DNA from: Rotaria socialis
Lineage: Eukaryota
NCBI GenBank assembly: GCA_905331295.1
Contig: CAJNYD010000360.1
Location: 62,001-126,000, forward strand
DNA: 64,000 nucleotides
Reading direction: 5' to 3'
In this document: in pieces, positions 1 to 11,637 of the stretch
How the letters are laid out: every line of letters starts with the position of its first letter
Numbering within the stretch: position 1 is the first letter of the stretch
Made by a program: the position numbers and the translations under genes
Notes under the pieces: generated by a model
What the model was told of the DNA's origin: nothing
The model's input: only the letters and a program-made list of their open reading frames with translations
Database searches by the model: none

Positions 1-629
1 TTATATCGTCCGACTTAAATCATTTTCATATATGGTTATCTGCAAGCATAGTAATCTGAACTAATGCAAAAGGAAATAATGACTTGGGGATAAAGAAAAA
101 AAGAATTTGTATGATAATGAATTTTTGAAAAGTAAAATCGAAAGACGTTTGTTCTAAAAGAACTTATACATCATACTCAATAATACGTCATTTTAGTTTT
201 GGTGCATTTATCGAGTAAGGGCCGACACATTTTTTTTTGTCATGAATAACTTGAGCCACAATTAATGCTTATCTAAATATGTGTCGTATTTATGCATATA
301 AAGCGAGAATCAAATGTACATCCACCATGATTAAATCTCAATATTTGAATAACTTCTATCATGATGACGACAAATAATAATCAACTTGTGAATGCAAAAG
401 GTAGTCAAATGACTTCGCAGTGCGGGTTTCTATTTACATCTGTAATTTAATTCTTTCGTTTATAGATACGTAATTTCATTTTATTCATGTACGATACACG
501 TAGTATGTCTCTTATCCTGAGCAGAGAAATAACAGATCACCATTGTTATAGTCATCTTATGAAAACCACAATTTCGAAAGTGCACAAAAATATCATTCAT
601 TAGCTTGATTAGAAAAATTCAAAAAATAT

Positions 630-3600
630 CACATCGTTTCCTCCATGAGAACATCAGTGAGATCATCGATCTATTAACTTTCCAGTAATTTTCTTTTAAT
701 TTCGTCAAAATTCGACTGCGATGATAAAGTTAATTTTCTTAATTCATTATGAAATACGAGAATTAGCCTTTTCAAAAGCATCACTTAATTCATCGGTTTT
801 ACGCATTACCCGTATATGATCATATTCCTGGAATAAAGGTTCACCTGCACGATCAATGCGTTGTCGATAATATCCAACTTCACATATAACATATTCTCTT
901 GTTGAAAGATGTCGAGAACTTCGACTTGCTGGCGTATTACGATGAATCTGATCAGTTGTATTTCCAGATGTAAAAATATTTGTTGTTGATGGTAAATCAA
1001 CACGTGGTGTACGTAACTCTAATTTCCATAGATGATATTTTTTTAGTTCATGAATTTGTGTAACTTGGCTTTGAAAGCACAAGAACAACGAGCGTCTTGA
1101 TAAGGCAAGTACTAATCGAGAACACGTTTCACAGAGAAGACCAAATCTCGCTTGTAAGCCAAGCCATGTTTCAATACGTGCACGTGAATGTTCACACTTA
1201 GCATTTGCACGAAAACGTTTTACATCGGAAACTGCAAGACCAACCTAAAAAGAAAAACAAATCTTAACTAGTACTCTATCATGGATTCGTACATACCATA
1301 ATATTCATAATTACAATGTTCATAGTAAATACAAATATTGAGTAGAGTACCATGGCTGCTTCATTGCCTTGTAGAAATTTTCCATTCGGAAAAAATAAAT
1401 CATCAACATCATATTCTCCTGTATGCATTGCTAATGTTTTTGGTATTGAATAAAATATAGATGTAAACTGTGGCTTTTTTTTATGAACGAATAACATATG
1501 AAATGCAATTATATATCCAATTCATATAAATACATAAATAAGACAAAATTTCAAAAATTTTAAAAATACACTAACAAATAAAAGATCATATTTGCCAATA
1601 ATTTTTAATGCATTCATAAATACAAGTAATAATAAAGTTCAAACACTAACCCTTCCTAAGGCACCGGCTTCCCATTGCCATTTGCAGCGAATACCAGTGC
1701 GTTGCGTGCACTAATCAATATCAATGCCGAATAAAATTGCGCAAATATATGTATGCAGCTCAAGAAAATTAACAAAAAAAACCACGTAGATATTTTTCAC
1801 GCTGTGTTACTAATTTTAAAAGTTCTTTCAATAATACAATTATCGAACAGATTAATAATAAAGCACGTAGAAATTCTAAGAAATATCCATTTAATTAATT
1901 TCGAAAGAAATCTTTTCGAAAACTTACGACGTAGCCCATTGCTTTTTAGAGAATGTTTTTGATCGTATATTAATTTTTCACATAGTTGTTTACATGTTAT
2001 ATCTGATACATCATAATACGAGTGTGGCGGTGTTGATGAACTCAATGCAACACCAGTATGTAGACATACAAATGAAATTTGTGCAAGTAATATCAGTAAA
2101 TATAGAAAATTGCCAAATAGTAGAAATTTTAAATCAACACAAATTTTCACGATATCATGATGATAAACAGGTGCGTGATTAACTTCGGCAGTCAAGGACA
2201 ATGGATGTTGTTTAAGCCAATTTGATGTTGAAATTCTTTTCGAACGAACAAACATACAACGATGTGCTGCTGGACGTGCTCGTAGACAATCATCAACAAC
2301 TGAGAAATCTACACCATCTTCACCGACACATTGTTCGAGTAATAGTGGCACCAATGGAATCATTTTTGCCTAATATAAAAAATAAAATAAATTCCCATCA
2401 TATTCTTATTAACAAAATACATAGACATGAAAGAATCTCTAGTATTTTAACGATTAGCGCTGATATAAAATGTTGACTGAAGTAGTCAAGAGGGAAACGG
2501 CAGACTTGAAGTAGAAAAGAACGTCGAAGTACGTCAAAGTAGACTGTTTGAAGTAGTTCAAAGTAGGACCAAGTAGCTGAAGTAGCTTGCAGTAATCTCA
2601 AGTACTTCAGGTAAATCTGAAATTGAAAAGTACTTCAAAGTAAAGTGCTTTTGAAATTTCGTAGATTGCCTTTAGACACAAAAGCATACCATAGTTAACA
2701 TTCGTTGTATCGGAGTTTGATCATATAACTTGAACCCGAATAACCAAAATTATAGTGTTTTAAAAATTTTTTATAGGATCTATAAAGTTCTCGTTCATCA
2801 CCTAGAATTCTTACAGTGATAAATGTTCGAAGGAACTCAGTTTTCTTCAATGCAATAGAATACTCAAGTACATTATAGGCACGACCATTGACATCAATTT
2901 GTATTCGTATAATAGCAGCAAAACGTCGTGTATCAGCCACAAAATATGAAGCAATGTCGAATTTATCTTTATCAATGGTTGTTTTCATTGAATCAGCATT
3001 GATAAAATCGACTATATCAACATTTCGATGAAGCCATTTTGCTACTTAGAATATATTTTATGCATTTCAACGAACCTTTTTCAACTGCAATTACAAATGG
3101 CGTTTTACCATTGGCATTTTTTTCAACAAGTCGTTGAATAGCCTTGACAAAAAGAAGCAGAAATAAATATTTATAAGATTCAGTATTATTAAACAAAAAA
3201 CGATGAGACTCTTACACTAAGTCGTGCAGCACTTGAACTAAGTCGTTTGAGTAGTGCAATCGCTCGACTTAAAATAATATCATTGCAATGTTCAGTTGCA
3301 TAATGGAACACACTAGAACCAATGTTATCTTTACTTGTTAATGACATTGGATCTTGTTCCATTAATAACGTTGCTGTTGATGTTGATCCAGCTTCGATAG
3401 CACAAATCAAAGGTGTTTGGCCGCGCGTATTTAATAAACTATTCATATGTGATGTTTCCGTAATTAACGTTCTCATTATTTCTTCATGTCCGAGTTTAGC
3501 AGCCAAATGAAGTCAAGTTTGACCTTGTAATTCACCAGATAATTCGATTTGTTGGAGCTGAAACAATAACTGGCAGAGTAACATGTTGTTGATTTTTTCG

Positions 3601-3890
3601 ATTGCGAACTAATTTTGAAATTTGACCAAAACGCCGATTTTCATCATCCCAATCAAAACAACTGTCGTGCAATTGTTGAGGTGGACTCATTCGTACAGAT
3701 GGCATTGCTTTCATTGCTAATAATTTAGTGTCGCTTGAGGATATTGTTTTTTCATTAGCTAGAGTAGTAGATGTTGACTCAGAAATGTCTGCACATCGAG
3801 TAGGTCTATCACTCTTCGATAATTTCAGTGGTTTATAGGCTCGGGTTTGTTTTGGTGAAATGAGAAAGATTTGAGTCGGCATTGATACCT
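630..3890 (-). pseudogene. Ankyrin-repeat TRPA-like (TRPA1/painless-type) cation channel, multiply disabled
   Basis: Ankyrin motifs (GQT*LHLAAKLGH, GQTPLICAIEAG, GKTPFVIAVEKG), a TRPA-like TM region (WQWEAGAL; S5-pore-S6 ...FVFTMNIVIMNIM|VGLAVSDV) and a coiled-coil-like tail. In-frame TGA stops at 3513-3515, 1639-1641 and 1522-1524. Frameshifts near 3550-3600, ~3038, ~2720 and ~750. Boundaries approximate. Confidence 0.85.
2475..2645. repeat. Degenerate ~10-bp periodic repeat (AAGTA core) in an intron of the TRPA pseudogene
   Basis: ...cgaagtacgt caaagtagac...tgaagtagtt caaagtagga ccaagtagct gaagtagctt gcagtaatct caagtactt...; the core recurs roughly every 9-10 bp. Confidence 0.6.
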
Positions 3891-4098
3891 GACAAAAAGA
3901 AAACGCATTCACTTAGGAATTAATAACTTTCACAAAATTAAACTACTCGAGATATATATATATATATATATTGAATTTTTTTCTTTCACTATGTCAATTT
4001 TACTTCAATTACCATAACCCTTTAAAAACCCGATCGACTGGTTTATTTGAACTTGTATGTTCACTTTTCTTCTTCTTCAAAGAGCAACATTAAAACAA

Positions 4099-5655
4099 GG
4101 GTAAATAGACTTTTGATCCCCAAAAAAATGACTATTGATCACCAAAATGTGTTAGTTGCGAAATGATCACCAAAAAATATATATTTGATCACCAATTTGC
4201 TTTTTGTGGAATGAATGGTAGAGTTGTGGTAGATAACGTGTTTATCTCAAAAGACAACAGATTGATAAGACATAGTTAAACAATAATCATAATTGGATCA
4301 AAATGATCTCATTAACTGAGAATAGTTACACAAAATGTTCTATCACAACAATGCAGAAAACTAAAAATGTCAAGTAAGCAGTGGACGCTGCTATACACAG
4401 CTCAATCATATGAAGAAGCAAAAGATTTAGCAAAATCACGCTTTAATGTTTGCCAAAATCGACGATCAGATTTAAACGATCAAACAAAATATTCATTTAA
4501 ATGCAGTGANNNNNNNNNNNNNNNNNNNNNNNNNNNNNNNNNNNNNNNNNNNNNNNNNNNNNNNNNNNNNNNNNNNNNNNNNNNNNNNNNNNNNNNNNNN
4601 NNNNNNNNNNNNNNNNNNNNNNNNNNNNNNNNNNNNNNNNNNNNNNNNNNNNNNNNNNNNNNNNNNNNNNNNNNNNNNNNNNNNNNNNNNNNNNNNNNNN
4701 NNNNNNNNNNNNNNNNNNNNNNNNNNNNNNNNNNNNNNNNNNNNNNNNNNNNNNNNNNNNNNNNNNNNNNNNNNNNNNNNNNNNNNNNNNNNNNNNNNNN
4801 NNNNNNNNNNNNNNNNNNNNNNNNNNNNNNNNNNNNNNNNNNNNNNNNNNNNNNNNNNNNNNNNNNNNNNNNNNNNNNNNNNNNNNNNNNNNNNNNNNNN
4901 NNNNNNNNNNNNNNNNNNNNNNNNNNNNNNNNNNNNNNNNNNNNNNNNNNNNNNNNNNNNNNNNNNNNNNNNNNNNNNNNNNNNNNNNNNNNNNNNNNNN
5001 NNNNNNNNNNNNNNNNNNNNNNNNNNNNNNNNNNNNNNNNNNNNNNNNNNNNNNNNNTTGTGATAATCCACATTTGACATAGGTAGATATGGATTCACGT
5101 ATTGGCGATGGTAATCTTGTTGTTGCATTTCGTTCATTTTGTTCATGTTCATGTTCATTTTTGGACATAATTGTTATAGAATTCATATTGTTATCTGGCA
5201 CGATAATTTTTATTTGAAAATGACATAAAGGATATTCCTGTATTCACTGCATTTAAATGAATATTTTGGTTGATCGTTTAAATCTGATCGTCGATTTTGG
5301 CAAACATTAAAATGTGATTTTGCTAAATCTTTTGCTTCTTCATATGATTGAGCTGTGTATAGCAGCGTCCACTGTTTACTTGAGATTTTTAGTTTTCTGC
5401 ATTGTTATGATAGAACATTTTGTGTAACTATTCTCAGTTAATGAGATCATTTTGATCCAATTATGATTATTGTTTAACTATGTCTTATCAATCTGTTGTC
5501 TTTTGAGATAAACACGTTATCTACCACAACTCTACCATTCATTCCACAAAAAGCAAATTGGTGATCAAATATATATTTTTTTGGTGATCATTTCGCAACT
5601 AACACATTTTGGTGATCAACAGTCATTTTTTTGGGGATCAAAAGTCTATTTACCC
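4099..5655. mobile_element. Fold-back Mutator-like (MULE) element: two inverted copies of a transposon 5' end around an assembly gap
   Basis: Termini GGGTAAATAGACTTTTGATCCCC (4099) and GGGGATCAAAAGTCTATTTACCC (ending 5655); 4099-4509 is the reverse complement of ~5244-5655. The arms encode MSSKQWTLLY...KCSEYR(fs)YPLCHFQIKII...NEHEH, a C-x7-C...HxH WRKY/FAR1-type zinc finger typical of MULE transposase N-termini. N-gap at 4510-5057. Confidence 0.75.
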
Positions 5656-6033
5656 ATTATGAAACTTCAATCTAATATCTATAAGAAACACGTGAATCTC
5701 GTTTTTGTTTAAAAAAAACATTTCGTTTTTGAGATCAATGGTATTGCTGTCAATCACGCTTAACTGGTAAATCAATACAATTTTCTATACGTCGTCGACC
5801 ATTTCAAGATACAAATATTTTTAATCGACCATGTAGCACTAGTCGTAATATAATGCTCAAACAAATAAAACAAATTCGTCAGATTAAAAACCACAATATG
5901 AATATAAATGAATTAAATTGGAATACTTAGTTTTTCTCGTTGTTTTTCCTTGCAATAAACAAGTCGATAGTGAAAAAGAAACTAATTTTTATTAAATAAT
6001 AACTATTTAACCACTCTATGAATAATAATAGTT

Positions 6034-9000
6034 ATGTCAACTTGTACTGTATTTTATTTTAAACGATTGGACGACATTTCTAACGAACCATATAACTGTC
6101 CGAATGAAATAAAGTCATTGTTTGATGAAATTCTATATTTTTCGAACTCAATGAACGAAGAAAAGAACTTTGAATCGAAAAATTCATTGGGAAATTTTGA
6201 TCAAAAAAACGATAATGCAGCTTTGATTGTATCCGAATTGATTGATTTACTCAACGATGAAAGAACATATCGAGATATGGGCATTATCATTGAAATTACT
6301 AAAACTGTACATTTATTAATAAAACAAGGTGGATCTCGAAGCAACGAGGTTCTTGCCCATCCAAATGTGAGTAATATTCATTGTTGTTATGTTTGATTAT
6401 TACATTGTCAAAATAATACAGAAGAGCGATAAAGAAAACAATTGATAATGGCATTATCTTTTTTCCATTTATCATACTTCATTCATTACCTATTCCTATT
6501 GAAAAATTTGAATAGCAATAATATCTTATTCATTTTATAAAACATACACTGAAACTTGTTAGTTGAACCTACTGAAAATTTAAAAACCAATGATTTCTGA
6601 TCTCGCCATAAAATTTTGGATATTCTTTTTTTTTAAATAATATTCTATATAATTTATTTTCCCTATTGACTGAATTCTTATGACATAAATTTATAGTTAT
6701 ATAATCATTTTTAAGTTGATCATAACTTTAACAAAATTATTCAATACCGACAATGATCTTACACGTTTATTGGCAAGTTTATTTCATGATCTTTCAATTG
6801 AAGAAGATGGAATCCGATTATTACTTCTAACTGGTGTTATACCAATTCTTCTTCAAACACTGGAGTATAATTTAAAATGATATTGATTATCTTATCGTGT
6901 TTATCTTTTTAATTCTTTGAGTAGATCCTTAAATGATGATGTCATCAATTTTGTGCTTACCACACTTCGTAATTGTCTAATTGGTTTAAACGATGAATCA
7001 GCAGAAGAAATTCAAGCGCATAATGGCTGTATGACACTCATATCTTTGCTCATTCATCGACATTCAAATAAACAAATGAATTTTCTTGCCGATTGTCTAT
7101 TGCGTTTAGCTATGTTTAATACAAATGCACAAGTAAAAACGATTGTTAATTACATGATATGAATATATTTATTCATTTATTTATTTATTAGATTTATTTA
7201 CAAACAAGTAAATTATTTTTACAAGAATTAGTTACTATACTCGATGAAACAAATTACAATAAACTCTCATTTACACTCATACGTATGCTTCCATTATTAT
7301 CTTCGAACATAAATACAAAATCGATATTGATACAATTTAATATAATTCCAATACTTGAACGTATATTACATATGAAATATGATTATAAAATTCAACGTTA
7401 TTGTCTGTTAACATTGAGAAATTTATCCGATCAAATTATTAACATGGTAAATATTGATTGTTTGAATTTATTTTTATTGATAATTTTTTCTTTGATGTTT
7501 TAAGGATAATTTTGATTCATTAATTATTACATTTCTACAAATACTTCCATCGACGAACGATATACAGATAAAAATGTATATTATTGATATTCTATCCAAT
7601 TTATCATGTGAAAATCAATCTAATAAAGCATTAATGATACGAAATAATGCTATTCAAATACTTGTAACTATTATTATTCAAAATGATCAAAGAGATAATA
7701 TTATTGAATCAACAGTACGTATAAACATGAGTTTCTCTTGTCATTAATATACACAGGTTGTTATAAAATTCTTGTGAAACAATCAGGTTGAATAAATTAT
7801 CATTTGCGCAAACGGTATCAACAAAATTTCTATCGTTTTATTGTATTATTTTTTACCAGTTTTGTCTCATGTAGTTTTATGAGTTACAAATTCTTGTTAC
7901 TAACTGAATGTGATCATGAGTTGACATTATATATTGCATATTGTTTAAGAAAAATACTTTCAAGAAACAGTGAGGGATATTATAAATAAAAAGCTCATCG
8001 AATAGAACTACTACCTCTGAGAGAAGTTTCGTTTTATTGAGCATTATTACGATTCAGTATGCAATCTAATGAACTTTTTTCATTGTTCTTCTGATGTTAT
8101 TAAGTTCAAATATTCAATATGTAACCTATATATGTATTAGAATACCACATTGATCAAGATGTTGAGACAATACTTTAATACTTTCGTTTTCTAAGGTTTC
8201 AGTGTCAACAGCCTTTCTGTCTTCCTGTTAGATTGTCCTAATTCAGTCTCTAATAAATTAATTTATATTCAAGCATAACATAGAAATTAGTCGCACAAGA
8301 GTTGTTCAAGATACTTTTTTTCTAGTGAACTTTCGGAATACTACAATCTCCTCAGGCTTTACTACAAATTTTGACAAATACTAGCTAGATATTATCACAC
8401 GCAGGGATAATGACTGTTGATATAATATTAACGGAAGTATGCCAATAACGTCTCATTTTAATATACGAAGTAGTACTTCATTTTTGCATATCTAGGAGGT
8501 GAAGTAGAAAGATAATGCAGAAATATGTCTTCACTTAAGTGGAATAAATTTTCTCATTCTTCTAAGTAATAACAGCTGCATATGGGCATCATATTTTATT
8601 TCTGCAAGGTTTGAGCTGATAAGTTTTTGAAGTGTCATAAAAAAAATCAAATTGAAATGCTAGTCAATCCATGAATATCTAATTGATAATTTAAGAATAG
8701 AAAGGCCTATGAGGTAACTTAGGAAGGTTATTTTTAGTGAGATCAAATAAATACTCCCGCTGCTAAATGAAATAATTAAAATAATAAGTTCCTTGTAGTA
8801 TATAGGATAAAAGATATTTATAGTTTGTATCATGTAGAGATACTTCAAAATCTCAGCACGATTGTGTTCACCTTTTTTTTCATATTCAAAAGCCGTATTG
8901 CACCATTTGAGCTATTCTGTCTAGTATACTTTCATATTGTACGTGATATTGGTTATTCTTCTCTAACTCATTTAATTCTATTGAAGAAAAATCAACAAAA

Positions 9001-10830
9001 AAAAAAAAACAGTAAACTCAGTGCTACAAAAATTTTGAAATATATATCTATGATATAGAGTCGAATAGTTCGGTCCATGCAAACTGAGCAACTCAGAGTT
9101 TATTTAGTTACTTTGGAAGTAAGCGTTTGATCATGTAGCTCGAATATCTTCAACATTCTTCATTCATTCGGCATGTTGTTCCATTATCAAAAGAATGAAA
9201 AATGAAGAATTGACAGGTCCCTCTTTGTTTCTAAACAGGTCTTCAATTTATGAAAATCTTTTTCTATTTTGTATTCGCTTGATTAATCCTTTTGAATGCA
9301 TAGATGAAGTTCTGTAGCATTTAGCTTAAATTAAAGCCATCTATAAATCATTCATGAAAAATAACGCCCACATAGGAAATACAATTCTACTTTTAATAAT
9401 ATGAACTCTGGAATATTATATACAAAAATTCAACGAACTGTTAGCGTGTCAAAAACTAAGTCTGATTTGTTGGAGCTGACTAAATCAAATATCATTCTAT
9501 GTCGCATTTATATAGCTTTATTATTGTTGTAGTCGTGTGATCAACATACTGGGCGACAACGACTATTCTGTCAACAGAGAAGTAATAAAAAACTGTTTTA
9601 TGCGGGACGTGAAAATAAAATATTTAAGAACAACTAGAATCATTCATTACCAAGGACATTGAAGATATTTTATTCTAAAGCCATAATATGTCCATAAAAG
9701 CTATTAATTAACAATATATGCGCGGGATGTTTTCGATACCTTTTAGATTGATGAAAAAAAGCTTAAATTTCCATTAGAACTTCTCTTTCTCGATTAGAAT
9801 ATTACGAGAAGCAGAACGGCTATAGATCAAATGTCAAAAATTAAGTAATCCGATGAACACGAATAATTAGTTTTAGATCGTAGGAGTTTGTTCCTCTAGT
9901 GATCATATCATTAGTAACATGTTTACACTGAATTTCAAGGGAAAAAAGTAATTGTTAATGCGAAATTGTCTTACTTTCTCAATGAACGTATAACATCTCA
10001 GCCTAGATTCTAACTTCGGTCAGTGTGATCATTGTTCTCACTACCGAAACGACATTTTGAAATTAAAAATATCTGTTCAACAGCTGTGTTTTTTAAAGAT
10101 CTATCTTCTAATTAAGCATATAAATAAATTATAGACGCGCAGAAATGATATTAGCAAAAGGACTAAATTGTTTATTGGATTTATCTTGCGAAGATCTTTA
10201 CGAAAAATGTCATGAAAATATGTTGTTCTTTTTTTTTATCTTAACAGCTATGTACTCTTCGACACTTAACTGGTAAATGTCCGTTGGCACATGAAGCTCG
10301 TGAATATATTCGAATAAATCATGCGATTCCATATCTTATAAAATATCTTCATACAAAAGAAAATAGTTGGTCTTTACTTAAGACATGTATTGGTCTTATA
10401 CGTAATTTAGCATTATCATCGAGTAATTTAATCATACTGTGTGAACATCGAAGTGTATACAAAATAGGAAAATTATTTTTTCAAATGAAAACTACACCTG
10501 AACGTATCGAATTATTTATCACGACATTATTTGTTTTCTGTCGACAACAAAATGAAAAACTTCAAATGAGTATTTATGATCAAATTATTGATTCAGGTTG
10601 TATTGAAACACTTGTTCAAGTAAGAAAAAAAAGGAAATGGTATAGTTTGTTTGTATTTTAAATATATTTGATATTTATAGTTTGCATCATCAACTAATTT
10701 TGGTAGAATTCAACAAATGTCTATGGAAATTTTAGATGACTTAAGTCAAAGTGATCGAATTGAACATCGAGAAATGATTAGAGAAACAGATAAATCAGTA
10801 AAAATTGCACAATTTTTACAACAGAGCTAA
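6034..10830 (+). CDS. Divergent beta-catenin/armadillo paralogue, ARM repeats only (~558 aa)
   Basis: Seven exons spliced in frame: 6034-6366, 6716-6864, 6925-7132, 7192-7446, 7505-7714, 10248-10619, 10681-10830. Beta-catenin-like motifs: NFLADCLLRLA, YNKLSFTLIRMLPLLS, CLLTLRNLSD, ILSNLSCENQSNK, LCTLRHLT, WSLLKTCIGLIRNLAL. Confidence 0.85.
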
Positions 10831-11637
10831 ATATTTCTTAATTTTCTTTCTTTCTTGTGTTAAATATATTTATTAAAAAATAAAACGTATAGCTACTTTA
10901 TTAGTGACCAACTTGACCAAGAAGTCTTTGTTATTTACATTTAAGTTATCGAACTTAAACAGCACCTGAGCGAAAGATTTATTTTTAATAGAAAGACATT
11001 TTGAAAGAAGCAAGAAAAAAAATGGATATCCAAATACCATAAGATTGTATTGAACAATGATCCGGTAAATGATTAGAAAAGGAATTTCAAAAAGAAAGCT
11101 GATGATGCTGAAAACCATAATGAAAAACACATGAATTTTTTGTTAGCATCGTTGCCGATTTCTGTCATGAAGTTACAAGGAATCAAAGTCATTTGGACTA
11201 AAAAATAAGGCTAATATCAAATATTTGAATAATCGATTCATCTTTATTACATATGATCGAAAAACATCAATGTATTTTATCAATTATTTTACGCACTGTA
11301 TTGTAAGCCTATGGAAATTTCATTCAATAAATAAAGATTTGAACGTTACGATTATACCTTAGGAAACTGGTATGGTATCTGATAAAAATTAGCGCCCTCT
11401 ATTGCATGCTACTTGTGATTGCTCAAATAGATGCTATTGGGTAGCTATTTTTATCACCTGACTGTCAACAAACAAATAGCAATAATAACAAAAAAACAGC
11501 GTAGAAAGAAAAGAAAAGGTTAGTTTTTATTCACTTCGTAGACAGAAGGAAAAAAAGAACAAATCATGTGAGAAATTTTCTTTAATGATCAAAAACATTC
11601 TTATGCCGTATATATTCATGTAAAATATAAACTTATC

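Noticed and set aside
1522..3515. TGA recoded as Trp or Sec in the TRPA-like gene
   Set aside because: Frameshifts co-occur, and neighbouring genes use TGG for Trp and TGA as stop; ordinary pseudogene decay explains it.
4480..5201. Long ORFs of 185-236 aa in the ORF track
   Set aside because: Artefacts of translating the N-gap; only the flanking transposase fragments are real.
10590..10610. DSGCIET as a relocated beta-TrCP degron
   Set aside because: The spacing differs from DSGxxS and it lies within a predicted ARM helix; likely coincidental.
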